Shown: positions 40,939 to 49,291 of the stretch, piece after piece | How positions within the stretch are numbered: the stretch's first letter is position 1 | Layout: every line of letters begins with the position of its first letter | DNA from: a bacterium | Lineage (GTDB): Bacteria; UBA8248 | Assembly: GCA_963692865.2 (NCBI GenBank) | Contig: OY843592.1 | Span: 3,424,001 to 3,488,000 of the forward strand | Direction: 5' to 3' | Length of the DNA: 64,000 bases | Notes under the pieces: generated by a model | What the model was told of the DNA's origin: nothing | The model's input: only the letters and a program-made list of their open reading frames with translations | The model's database searches: none | Translations under genes and position numbers: made by a program

Positions 40939-41934
40939 ATGTCCCGAACACCATCTCCCGCGGCCGGGATCGCCGCCGCGCTCGCCTCGCGCGCCGAGGA
41001 AGTCTGCCGCCGCTATCTGCCCCGCGGCAAGAAGCAGGGCCGCTATTGGGTCGCGGGCGACGTCGACGGCTCGCCGGGACGCTCGCTCTTCGTCCGCCTC
41101 GAACCTCCGGGCGCGCCGGGCAAGTGGACCGACGCGGCCACCGGGGAGCACGGCGACCTGCTCGACCTCATCCGCAGCCGTTGCGCCGCGCCCACGCTGC
41201 GCGCGGCCATGGATGAGGCCCGCGCCTTCCTCGCCCTGCCTGTCCCACATTTGCCGGGCGGGGGGCCGCCATACGACGCGAGGGAATCGGCGCGGCGCAT
41301 CTGGCGGAGTTGCCGCCCGATTGAGGACGGCCCGGCCGAGGCCTACCTCCGCGCCCGGGGCATCACGCGATTCCGCTTCCCCTCCCTGCGCTTCCACCCT
41401 GCGCTCTACCACCGCGAGGCCGACCGCCGCTTGCCCGCTCTGGTCGCCGCCGTGACCGATACCGAAGGCGCGCTCCACGGCGTGCACCGCACCTGGATCG
41501 ATCCCGATGCGTCCGACAAGGCAGGCGTCGCCCCGCCCCGCAAGGCGCTCGGCCGGGTCTTCGGGCGCGCCGTGCGCTTCGGGATCCCCGGCTCCACGCT
41601 GCTGGTCGGGGAGGGCGTCGAAACCGTGCTCTCGATCGTCACCGCGGCGCCCCGGGTCCCCGCCGCGGCAGCGCTTTCCGCAGGGAGCCTCGGCGCATTC
41701 GTCCCGCCCAGGGAGGTCACCCGCCTCCTCATCGCGCGGGACAACGATCCGGAAGGAGAGAGGGCGGCGGAACGCCTGGCCACGCGCTGCGCGCGGGCGG
41801 GCGTCGCGGCCACGGTCATCGTCTCCGAGCGGGGCGATTTCAACGACGACCTCGCTGCGCTCGGCGCCGCCGTCCTCGCCGCACGGCTCGGGCCGCTCTT
41901 CCGCTTCGCGGGAGTCGGAGAGGAGAGGGTCTGA
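40939..41934 (+). CDS. Toprim-domain DNA primase-like protein
   Basis: GEHGDLLDLI, GVHRTW, VGEGVET, ARDND, DFND. Confidence 0.88.
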   Translation: MSRTPSPAAGIAAALASRAEEVCRRYLPRGKKQGRYWVAGDVDGSPGRSLFVRLEPPGAPGKWTDAATGEHGDLLDLIRSRCAAPTLRAAMDEARAFLALPVPHLPGGGPPYDARESARRIWRSCRPIEDGPAEAYLRARGITRFRFPSLRFHPALYHREADRRLPALVAAVTDTEGALHGVHRTWIDPDASDKAGVAPPRKALGRVFGRAVRFGIPGSTLLVGEGVETVLSIVTAAPRVPAAAALSAGSLGAFVPPREVTRLLIARDNDPEGERAAERLATRCARAGVAATVIVSERGDFNDDLAALGAAVLAARLGPLFRFAGVGEERV

Positions 41935-41965
41935 GCGGGGTAGAACCCCGGTGGAAGGAGAGAGA

Positions 41966-42193
41966 ATGGACACCGTCACCTTCAAGCGGATCACCCCGCA
42001 CGAGTCCCGCATCTACGCCGGGGGCGAGCATGTCGGCGACGTCTACCGCCACGACGATATCCTCGCCCCCGGCCATGTCTTCTACGTCGTGCACCTCTAT
42101 GATGATCCCAGGCGTCCTCGGCGCGTGCACGAACGCCTCCGCATTCGCGAGGTCGCCCAGCGCCTCGTCGATTCACACCCTCTATGGTCGTAA
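41966..42193 (+). CDS. Small hypothetical protein
   Basis: AAGGAG RBS, MDTVTFKRITPHESRIY. Confidence 0.55.
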   Translation: MDTVTFKRITPHESRIYAGGEHVGDVYRHDDILAPGHVFYVVHLYDDPRRPRRVHERLRIREVAQRLVDSHPLWS

Positions 42194-42302
42194 TCGAGAG
42201 TACGGCGCCCGCCGATCAAGGTCGGGCCCGACCCGGGCGGGAGGGTCTGACAACCGCCGCCCTGCTGCGCAGCCGGCCCGCCGAGGGTATGTGCTGCCGA
42301 CC

Positions 42303-42511
42303 TTTCGGCCGCCGGGGGGTCGCCGGCCGGCCTCGACTCCGCTGCTCGTCGGATACGTATAGCCGTCCCGAAGCCTTCCGGGTTCCTTCTCGTCGGCGGC
42401 GGGGGTAAGGCCACCCCGCTGCACCGCCGACAGGACCCCGGCACGCTACGCAGGATGGTAAGCAGGGAACTTGGCTGCGAGGCCGGATACGAACACATGG
42501 GGCGGCCGAAA
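42303..42511. other. Nested inverted-repeat (fold-back) element
   Basis: TTTCGGCCGCC/GGCGGCCGAAA, CCGGCCTCG/CGAGGCCGG and GTCGGCGG/CCGCCGAC are nested. Confidence 0.65.
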
Positions 42512-42855
42512 TCCGACAGAGTAGTCCCTCCAACGTGACATCGCCGTCCCTACCGCCACAGTCGCCGACAACCCGGCACCGAAAGCCTCACCGCTCGATA
42601 CGCATCCGTCTGCCTATGCCTCCTCCATCCGAAACCCGGACCGGGGGCGTGTACGTCTGGCGCCCGGTCCCGTCTATCTCCGGTTCGACTCGGCGGGGGC
42701 CGTGGCCGTTCACGCTCCGTGGACGGCCCTCACCGGACGTGATCCTCCCAGGGGAGAGGCAGAGCGAAGCGGGGAGCCGGGCAAAGGCCCGGCAGGGGAG
42801 AGGGAGACGGTCTCCCGGTCCCGCCGCCGGCGACAACCCGATAGGAGGCTTGGCC

Positions 42856-42978
42856 ATGTACGAGAACGACTTCGACGTCGACGTTCCCACCGCAGATGAG
42901 TTGCTCGCAGAACTCGGACTCGACGCGTACACGATCCGCAAACTGCGCGCCGAGGCGGAGGAGTTCTGCAGCGTTTAG
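42856..42978 (+). CDS. 40-aa acidic peptide
   Basis: AGGAGG RBS, MYENDFDVDVPTADELLAELG...; upstream of ssb. Confidence 0.5.
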   Translation: MYENDFDVDVPTADELLAELGLDAYTIRKLRAEAEEFCSV

Positions 42979-43054
42979 GTCGAACCGGGGGGCGGGGAGA
43001 GAGGCTCTCTCCCTCCCGTCAGTTTTTCACACTCTCACCATAAGGAGAATCATC

Positions 43055-43501
43055 ATGGCATTCGGACTCAACAGGGCGGAACTGATTGGGCGTCTCGGCG
43101 CCGACGTCACCATCAACCATCTCGCGAGCGGCGGTCGTGTCGCCAACCTCTCGATCGCCACCGACGAGGGCTACGTCGACAAGCAGAGCGGCGACCGGGT
43201 GGAGAAGACCGAGTGGCACCGGGTCGTTACCTTCCAGCCCGGGCTGGTGGACATGTTTGAGAAGCACGCGAAGAAAGGCCGCCTGGTCTACGTGGCGGGC
43301 AAGCTCCAGACCAGGCGCTGGAAGAAGGACGAGGAGGATTCGGATCGGTTCTCGACCGAGATACTCATCGCGCCTGGCGGGCGCGTGCAGTTCCTCGACA
43401 AGGTGAACGGGAACGGCAATGGGAACGGTAACGGCGCGCACGCCGAGACGGCGGACGTGGTGGCCACCTCCGGCGTAGCGGGCGAAGACATTCCGTTCTA
43501 G
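43055..43501 (+). CDS. ssb: Single-stranded DNA-binding protein
   Basis: NRAELIGRLG, TEWHRV, GKLQTRRW, C-terminal EDIPF. Confidence 0.95.
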   Translation: MAFGLNRAELIGRLGADVTINHLASGGRVANLSIATDEGYVDKQSGDRVEKTEWHRVVTFQPGLVDMFEKHAKKGRLVYVAGKLQTRRWKKDEEDSDRFSTEILIAPGGRVQFLDKVNGNGNGNGNGAHAETADVVATSGVAGEDIPF

Positions 43502-43509
43502 GCTCACCA

Positions 43510-43542
43510 GGGGCCGGCGCTGCGGCGTCGGTCCCTTTTTTT
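43510..43542 (+). terminator. Rho-independent terminator after ssb
   Basis: GGGGCCGGCGC-TGCG-GCGTCGGTCCC followed by T7. Confidence 0.75.
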
Positions 43543-43838
43543 GTTCGTTGTCCCGAGGAAGTCCGCCCGTCCGGCCCCTCTCGTCTACAGGGAGCTTCCG
43601 GTAAATCTCCGGTTCCGTGAACGATGAACCGTGTTCACGGAAGATCGGCTTGCGCCCGCAATCATTCCAATATTCAGGAGAGTGGCTCGATCTACCCCCC
43701 GCTGCGGGAATTTCGGGCCGGAAAAGACGGCCCGAAATGACCCTTTCCGCAGCATGAGAGATTGTTTCCCGATGAGCTTCGCCTTCATCGTGAAACCCAA
43801 AGGCTCTTGTGTCCCGGTGGCGGTACTGATGTCTCTCT

Positions 43839-44067
43839 CTTAGCGTCCTCATTTTAGCACGAACGCCGGGCGAATAAAGGGTGGCCGCGAGCGGCCATCA
43901 TTTTCCGGTACCCCCCAAAAAACGCCGAGCGGCAAAAAACAGGAGCGCCGCTCTATGAGGCGTGTTTTTCGGGAACCCCCCGGAAAATGACAAGCCCTTG
44001 ATTCGCCCGCCTACGGGCATCGGCAACATCGCCCGATGCCCTTACGTGCTGAAAATGGGGCGCTAAG
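43839..44067. promoter_or_regulatory. Large multi-stem fold-back, candidate single-stranded (Frpo-like) promoter
   Basis: Five nested stems plus side hairpins; the minus-strand arm reads TTTATT-16-TAAAAT with TG extension. Confidence 0.65.
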
Positions 44068-44103
44068 AAGCATATCCGTTAACTCTCTACGAAGGAGAAA
44101 GGC

Positions 44104-44475
44104 ATGGATACCACCGTGGTAAACCTGAACGACTATGTCGAGGAACAAGGCAGCGGCTTCCTGGTGAGGATCGACCGCATGACCAAGTGGGGAAATCCCT
44201 TCCGCATCGGCCCCGACGGCGAGCGCGCCGACGTCATCGAGAAATACCGGCGTTGGCTGTGGGAAAAAATCCAGCGCGAGGAGGTGAACCTCTACGAACT
44301 CGCCGACCTTCACGGCTGCGAACTCGGCTGCCACTGCCATCCCCTCCCGTGTCACGGCGACGTCCTCGCGCGCGCCGCCGAATGGGCGGCCAAATATCTC
44401 GACGAGATGCCCAAAGAAGTGAAGCGGGACGATTTCGGCTACGCTCTTCCCGAATTCAACCATCCCCTCGCTTGA
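44104..44475 (+). CDS. DUF4326 domain protein
   Basis: KWGNPFRIG and LGCHCHPLPCHGDVL. Confidence 0.88.
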   Translation: MDTTVVNLNDYVEEQGSGFLVRIDRMTKWGNPFRIGPDGERADVIEKYRRWLWEKIQREEVNLYELADLHGCELGCHCHPLPCHGDVLARAAEWAAKYLDEMPKEVKRDDFGYALPEFNHPLA

Positions 44476-44496
44476 GGACAACGAAAGGAGTGAACG

Positions 44497-45456
44497 ATGA
44501 CTGCCACCGCAACGCACAACCACAAGGAGATGATCATGAACGAGTACGCGGAACACGACGCCCAGAACGAATCCTTCACCGCCATGGTCTGCGAGCAGGC
44601 CGCCCTGTTCGGCGCGACGCCCGGGCCGGACGAGTTCGACAACCGCCCCGTGTGGGACGAGGGCGAGGCCACCGCCGCCGTCATCAGGGCCTTCCACCTG
44701 CTGGCCGAAGCAGCGCCCGACGGCACCCAGCTGGCGGATGAGCGGGCGAGCCTCCTGTGGGGCTTCGTCAACACCCTGGACGCGCAGACACAGCGCCTCG
44801 ACCGCGCCGCCGACAAACTCATCCCCGGGGTCCGCGAACTCCAGCGCGAGCAGGACGGCTCCGAAATCAGATCCCGTGAACTCGAACTCGCGACCGACAG
44901 GGCCAACAACCTCACGGAACGCAGGGACGCCTTCGAGCAGCTCAGGGACGCCGCCGCAGAGGCCTACCGCACCGAGACCGGAGAGGTATGGAGGCCGAGG
45001 CGCGGATCACACGTCAGCCAGACCGGCAAGCTCACTTCCGCCGTCATCGAGGCGCGCGACTTCCAAAGGGCGAAAAAGGACCGCGAGAACACGGCCCACC
45101 TCCCGCAGGGAACGCTCGTCGCCGTCGCGGGCGGCAAGGAGGCGAACGACGCGGGAAAAATCATCGCGCATCTCGACAAGGTCAAGGCCAAGTACGCCGA
45201 CGTCGTTCTCGTCCACGGCGGCGGTCCGGGTGCGGAGAAGATCGCGGCAGGATGGGCCGAGCGAAACGGCGTCCACCAGATCGTCTGCAAGCCCGACTGG
45301 GACGCGCACGGCAGGGCCGCTCCCTTCCGCCGCAATGACGAGCTCTTGAGCCTGCTCCCCAAGGGCGTGGTCGCGTTCCCGGGTTCTGGCATCACGGACA
45401 ACCTCGTCGACAAGGCCCGAAGCCTTGGCATCCCCGTCCAGAAAATCGCCGCCTGA
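44497..45456 (+). CDS. DUF2493 (YspA/SLOG-like) domain protein
   Basis: LVHGG.PGAE.IA..WA, AAPFRRND, VVAFPGSG. Confidence 0.85.
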   Translation: MTATATHNHKEMIMNEYAEHDAQNESFTAMVCEQAALFGATPGPDEFDNRPVWDEGEATAAVIRAFHLLAEAAPDGTQLADERASLLWGFVNTLDAQTQRLDRAADKLIPGVRELQREQDGSEIRSRELELATDRANNLTERRDAFEQLRDAAAEAYRTETGEVWRPRRGSHVSQTGKLTSAVIEARDFQRAKKDRENTAHLPQGTLVAVAGGKEANDAGKIIAHLDKVKAKYADVVLVHGGGPGAEKIAAGWAERNGVHQIVCKPDWDAHGRAAPFRRNDELLSLLPKGVVAFPGSGITDNLVDKARSLGIPVQKIAA

Positions 45457-45654
45457 CGTGAACGCTCACGGGTCGCGTCGCCACCCCCGGCGGCGCGGCC
45501 CTTCTTCACGCCTTCGTCCACTCCTCCCCGCATCGTTCCACTCGCTTCTTCCCGCTCACTCGCCGCGGCGGCTCCCGCTCACAATTCTCGCCGGCGAAAA
45601 TTCCCCCGTCGTTCGTTCCCACGGATTCGGCAATCTGACGCCCTTCGGCGGCTC

Positions 45655-45684
45655 GGGTTCTACACCGGACGCATCGCCGATGCG
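45655..45684 (-). other. oriT nic site of MOBF type (predicted nick between 45662 and 45661)
   Basis: Minus strand CGCATC-GGC-GATGCG-TCCGGTGT^AGAAC matches TGCGTnnnGTGT^ with a proximal hairpin, as in F, R100 and R388. Confidence 0.75.
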
Positions 45685-45775
45685 GGTGTCGTGGGGACTG
45701 CGAATGTCCTCGTTCCCCTGCGCCCCGCCTTTATGGATCATCCCCCCGCGCATCCCCGTCGCGTCGGGAAAAGTA

Positions 45776-45931
45776 ATACCAATCTGGTGGCATGCGAACT
45801 CTTTGAAATCCCTGCATTTAAGAGCGGCGTATGCTCTTTGTAATACGGTGTAACTCGGGGTGTTTCCTGCAGATACCAAATTGGTGGCGCTCAGTCCTGC
45901 GCTGCGCTATGATGAATACCGATTTGGTATC
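45776..45931. repeat. Three palindromic boxes ACC(A/G)AnnTGGT
   Basis: ACCAATCTGGT 45778, ACCAAATTGGT 45875, ACCGATTTGGT 45918. Confidence 0.6.
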
Positions 45932-46063
45932 GCTGGATTCCGGCATCGATTCGAGACCTTCCCAGTTCGCGACGAGTGTATTCGGCACAAAGAAAACCGG
46001 AATTTTCCGATCGTTTTGGATCGGAATCGATGAAAACCCTCACAAAAAGGAGCGGCAAAACGA

Positions 46064-46378
46064 ATGGTGCAGACGGCACAGAAGAACATCCGTTTCACAT
46101 CCGAACAGTGGAAACGCGTCGAAAAAGAGGCGCGAGAGCGGGGAATTTCGCCGAACCGGCTCGTGGTCGAGCTCACTATGGAGGGCCTGGAGCACCAAGA
46201 ATGGCCCCGCACGGAGACGGAAATCCACTTGCTTCGCTCCGCTATGTTCACCGCTCAGGCAATCATTCGCGACATGGAACGAGACGGAAGAGAGAAGGAA
46301 ATTGACCTAATCAGCCAAAATATTTCCGAAATCGCGCCCGAATTGCCTAGAAAATTGGCGAAGGGACAGAGTGATTAG
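46064..46378 (+). CDS. Ribbon-helix-helix-like protein, candidate relaxosome accessory factor
   Basis: KNIRF strand, helix, GISPNRLV helix; adjacent to oriT. Confidence 0.65.
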   Translation: MVQTAQKNIRFTSEQWKRVEKEARERGISPNRLVVELTMEGLEHQEWPRTETEIHLLRSAMFTAQAIIRDMERDGREKEIDLISQNISEIAPELPRKLAKGQSD

Positions 46379-46462
46379 ATTGAGTAGTGGTGCATAAAAT
46401 TGAGCGATTGACCGCAAGTTTGGTTTTATGGGTGACGTCTAGTTGTAGTTGTATTTCAAACT

Positions 46463-47368
46463 CTACCTTAAACCGGAAACTTTAACGGCTCCTAGAGCAT
46501 GATCATGCTTTCGACCAGATTCGAATCCCGTAAATCCTGGACGACGCAAGGTATTTCTTGTCGGATCATAATAAACACTCACAATTCCAGTAATAAGAAA
46601 TTGAAGTGCTAAATGTTCTTCGTTCTTACCATAGGTATGCCCAACGAACTTGGCTTCTTCAGGTGTACTTTTGGGTTCAGGGCGCTTTTTAAAGACGCTT
46701 CCACAATTGTTTATTACTCCGATAAACCCGATAACTTCGTCAAAGAGAGGTGCCGGAGAAGTAGGATATGCTGATGAAACCTTCTTGAAAACTGTTTTGG
46801 GCATATTCCTGGTGGAGTAGTTTTTCTGATAATCCATTCCGATGATCGCCAGATACGGACCACGCCTCGATTGCCCCTTGACATCAAGGCTCCTGCAAAG
46901 CTCCGCCGCTTTCCGGAGCGATTTGCACTCCGCATCGATATCCTTTGGTCGTAAAGTTTTCTTAACAGAAACTATGCCTACTACGCTTTCAGGTGGCACA
47001 ATCACGGCATCGACGAAGCGTTGAAAAACCGGATAACGAGCAGAATCGTACACGATGATATCTAGTTGGGTTGAATGTTCGTCTCGGTGACTTTTACGCT
47101 CCCGTCCATTTACACCGGTCTTCACAGCAGGACGAAGAATAAACCCCGAACTTACGGCCAAATCACCAGGCAGGAATTTATCTAAACAAGCCCGAACAAG
47201 CGACTCAACAAATCGACCATCCTCGCCGGGATGCCCAGCACCTTTTTGGTTTTGGGCGGGCACGAGCGTCTCGAATTGCCGATATGTAGCAAGCAGAGCA
47301 TTCACCTCTCGGGATAAATGTCCTCGAACTCTCACTCCATCCACCTGAATCTCCTTCTTCCCAGCCAA
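46463..47368 (-). CDS. DUF6602-like putative PD-(D/E)xK nuclease
   Basis: G..VE...R..L..FLP....SGFI, STQLDIIVYD, PPESVVGIVSVK. Confidence 0.7.
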   Translation of the reverse strand: MAGKKEIQVDGVRVRGHLSREVNALLATYRQFETLVPAQNQKGAGHPGEDGRFVESLVRACLDKFLPGDLAVSSGFILRPAVKTGVNGRERKSHRDEHSTQLDIIVYDSARYPVFQRFVDAVIVPPESVVGIVSVKKTLRPKDIDAECKSLRKAAELCRSLDVKGQSRRGPYLAIIGMDYQKNYSTRNMPKTVFKKVSSAYPTSPAPLFDEVIGFIGVINNCGSVFKKRPEPKSTPEEAKFVGHTYGKNEEHLALQFLITGIVSVYYDPTRNTLRRPGFTGFESGRKHDHALGAVKVSGLR

Positions 47369-47774
47369 TTTAAATGATGGGCAGACCCAGCCCTGAGTGA
47401 GCTGACAATTCTTCCATTTTTCCAGGGCCGTTTTAGCATATGGGAACCACTCTGCCGAGGTTTACAGATACAGGGCAAGATTCTGCGAAGTCTCAATTGT
47501 AAGTGGCCAGACATTAGTTAAACAGTTCGCTTTCGCCATAACAACTAAAAACGTGCAAACAAAACCCCCAGCATTTCTCGCCTGAAAAACCACTTAAAAA
47601 TACAGCGCATTTTAATCAGGTGTCGTTCTATGCGGAAGGGCGATCTTGATGAGGCGTTTGGTGGTCAATTGTTTCCCTAAAAGTTAGGACCAAGCATACG
47701 GTAAGACGTAATTAGGTATCCAAATAGGCCAAGAGGTGCATAACCTAGATTATAAAATCATCCATTCACGATAA

Positions 47775-48926
47775 TCACTGCGAAGCGTTTGCAGATATAT
47801 GCAAGGCATCAAATTGCGCCATCTCCCAAGCTTGATAGTCTTCCGTTGCTCGCCAAAATTCTTGCCAAGCGGAATTGAGAAGACTGGTGATAGGATTTAA
47901 CGCATCCGGTTTTGCTGTTACCAAACCGGCTCCCACGATACCTTCCTGTGCCGCCGTAACGATTTTGGACAGCAGATGATCCGGGTAAGCTTGACGATAT
48001 TCAGCCATTGGACGGTAGCCCATAACCCCAACAAAATCCTGCCAAGCCTGTTCAATCAGCTTCATTTCCGTATCGAAGCCGGTTATCGCCAGCATCATTA
48101 GCACCGTGCGCATTCTTGCATCATCTGCCGGGTGAGTTGACACGGACACTATAGGTGTTTCAAAGGGGTTGCCGCCACGTTTGACGCAAAGGTGATAGTG
48201 CGACCAAACAAATGCTGGGCCCACCATCAGCACGCCGAACAGGTCACAGAAAAATTCTTGCATCCAGAATTTGTCCCAACAAGTGCGCCATAGCTGAAGT
48301 TGGTAGAAAATACCCTCCGGCTTCCGCACACGTTCGGCAGATATGATTTCATTGCGGAAATGCCTTACCATTTCGAACCGGCTTCGCTTGTAGGCTGCAT
48401 GATACGATTCAAGCTTCGGAAGATTGGAATTTTGTTTCTGATGAAATGGATGACAGAGTTCGTGATAAATATCGGGAAGGTGAAGGAAGAACCGGCTCTC
48501 CATCAACGGTAAGCAAAGGAGATTGAATTCTCGATAGATATGAAAATAGTTTTGAGATGTATGGCTGACGACTGGAGGAATCAGGGGATAGTTGATTTCA
48601 CTGCAGATATTCGTGATCAAGCAGTTGAGAAAGTCATCATCTTGACTCACTCTGCTGAGGGCGTAAGCTCCAATGTTTTCAACAGTTTCGATTTGTTCCA
48701 CAATACGTTTGAACCCTCTCACTCGTAGAGGAGATTGAAGCGTTATATCGACTACTGTCTCCTGAGCGAGGTGCTGAAGAGCTGCCTGTGCAGCGTCGAG
48801 ACGAGTCAAACAAATTTGTCGCAAGCCGTCATATTCGCGGCGATATGGTTCTTGTACGATTTGTCGCAGTTGTCGTATCCGCTCCAGGGATTGTCCGATC
48901 GAGCCAATGAGATAGGTTTCGATCAT
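47775..48926 (-). CDS. HExxH zincin-like putative metallopeptidase
   Basis: YHELCH, downstream EFFCD, THP....R; TGATG overlap with the upstream gene. Confidence 0.7.
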   Translation of the reverse strand: MIETYLIGSIGQSLERIRQLRQIVQEPYRREYDGLRQICLTRLDAAQAALQHLAQETVVDITLQSPLRVRGFKRIVEQIETVENIGAYALSRVSQDDDFLNCLITNICSEINYPLIPPVVSHTSQNYFHIYREFNLLCLPLMESRFFLHLPDIYHELCHPFHQKQNSNLPKLESYHAAYKRSRFEMVRHFRNEIISAERVRKPEGIFYQLQLWRTCWDKFWMQEFFCDLFGVLMVGPAFVWSHYHLCVKRGGNPFETPIVSVSTHPADDARMRTVLMMLAITGFDTEMKLIEQAWQDFVGVMGYRPMAEYRQAYPDHLLSKIVTAAQEGIVGAGLVTAKPDALNPITSLLNSAWQEFWRATEDYQAWEMAQFDALHISANASQ

Positions 48927-49291
48927 CAACGCCTCCAGAGTCGGCGGGCAACCTTCACTCGTTCCTGTTCTAATCCTTGGGCGAGTTCCTCAAGCTGATG
49001 TATGTACGCTTGGTCCACCTCACCGTTCCGAAGTCGTTCACCTAGTTGTTTCAAGTTAGCTAAAGACTCACCCGTACTTGTCCTAAGCAGACTGTCTAGA
49101 GTTAATGCTTCGAGGCACTGAGACTTTAGCCCTTGATCACTCGCGTCGATAAAAAGCTGAGCCAGTTTCTTCTGATCCGGATCGGTCGGATCGGCCTCTC
49201 CCCGTCCCAGCCGTTCAATTACTCTGTCTATCAGAGCGCCGTATTCCTCGACATCGGCGTATACGCCAGTCAGTAAACTCAAATCGCTCAT
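48926..49291 (-). CDS. 121-aa helical hypothetical protein
   Basis: ATGA overlap with the Argonaute stop, GGAGAG RBS, Leu/Glu/Gln-rich. Confidence 0.75.
   Translation of the reverse strand: MSDLSLLTGVYADVEEYGALIDRVIERLGRGEADPTDPDQKKLAQLFIDASDQGLKSQCLEALTLDSLLRTSTGESLANLKQLGERLRNGEVDQAYIHQLEELAQGLEQERVKVARRLWRR

Noticed and set aside
43405-43436. (Asn-Gly)n repeat in ssb
   Set aside because: Ordinary low-complexity SSB linker with varied codons; not a contingency repeat.
45845-45862. Plus-strand ACGGTGT^AAC as the nic site
   Set aside because: Lacks the TGCGT and hairpin context and has the wrong polarity for the leading region; the minus-strand site at 45662 fits much better.
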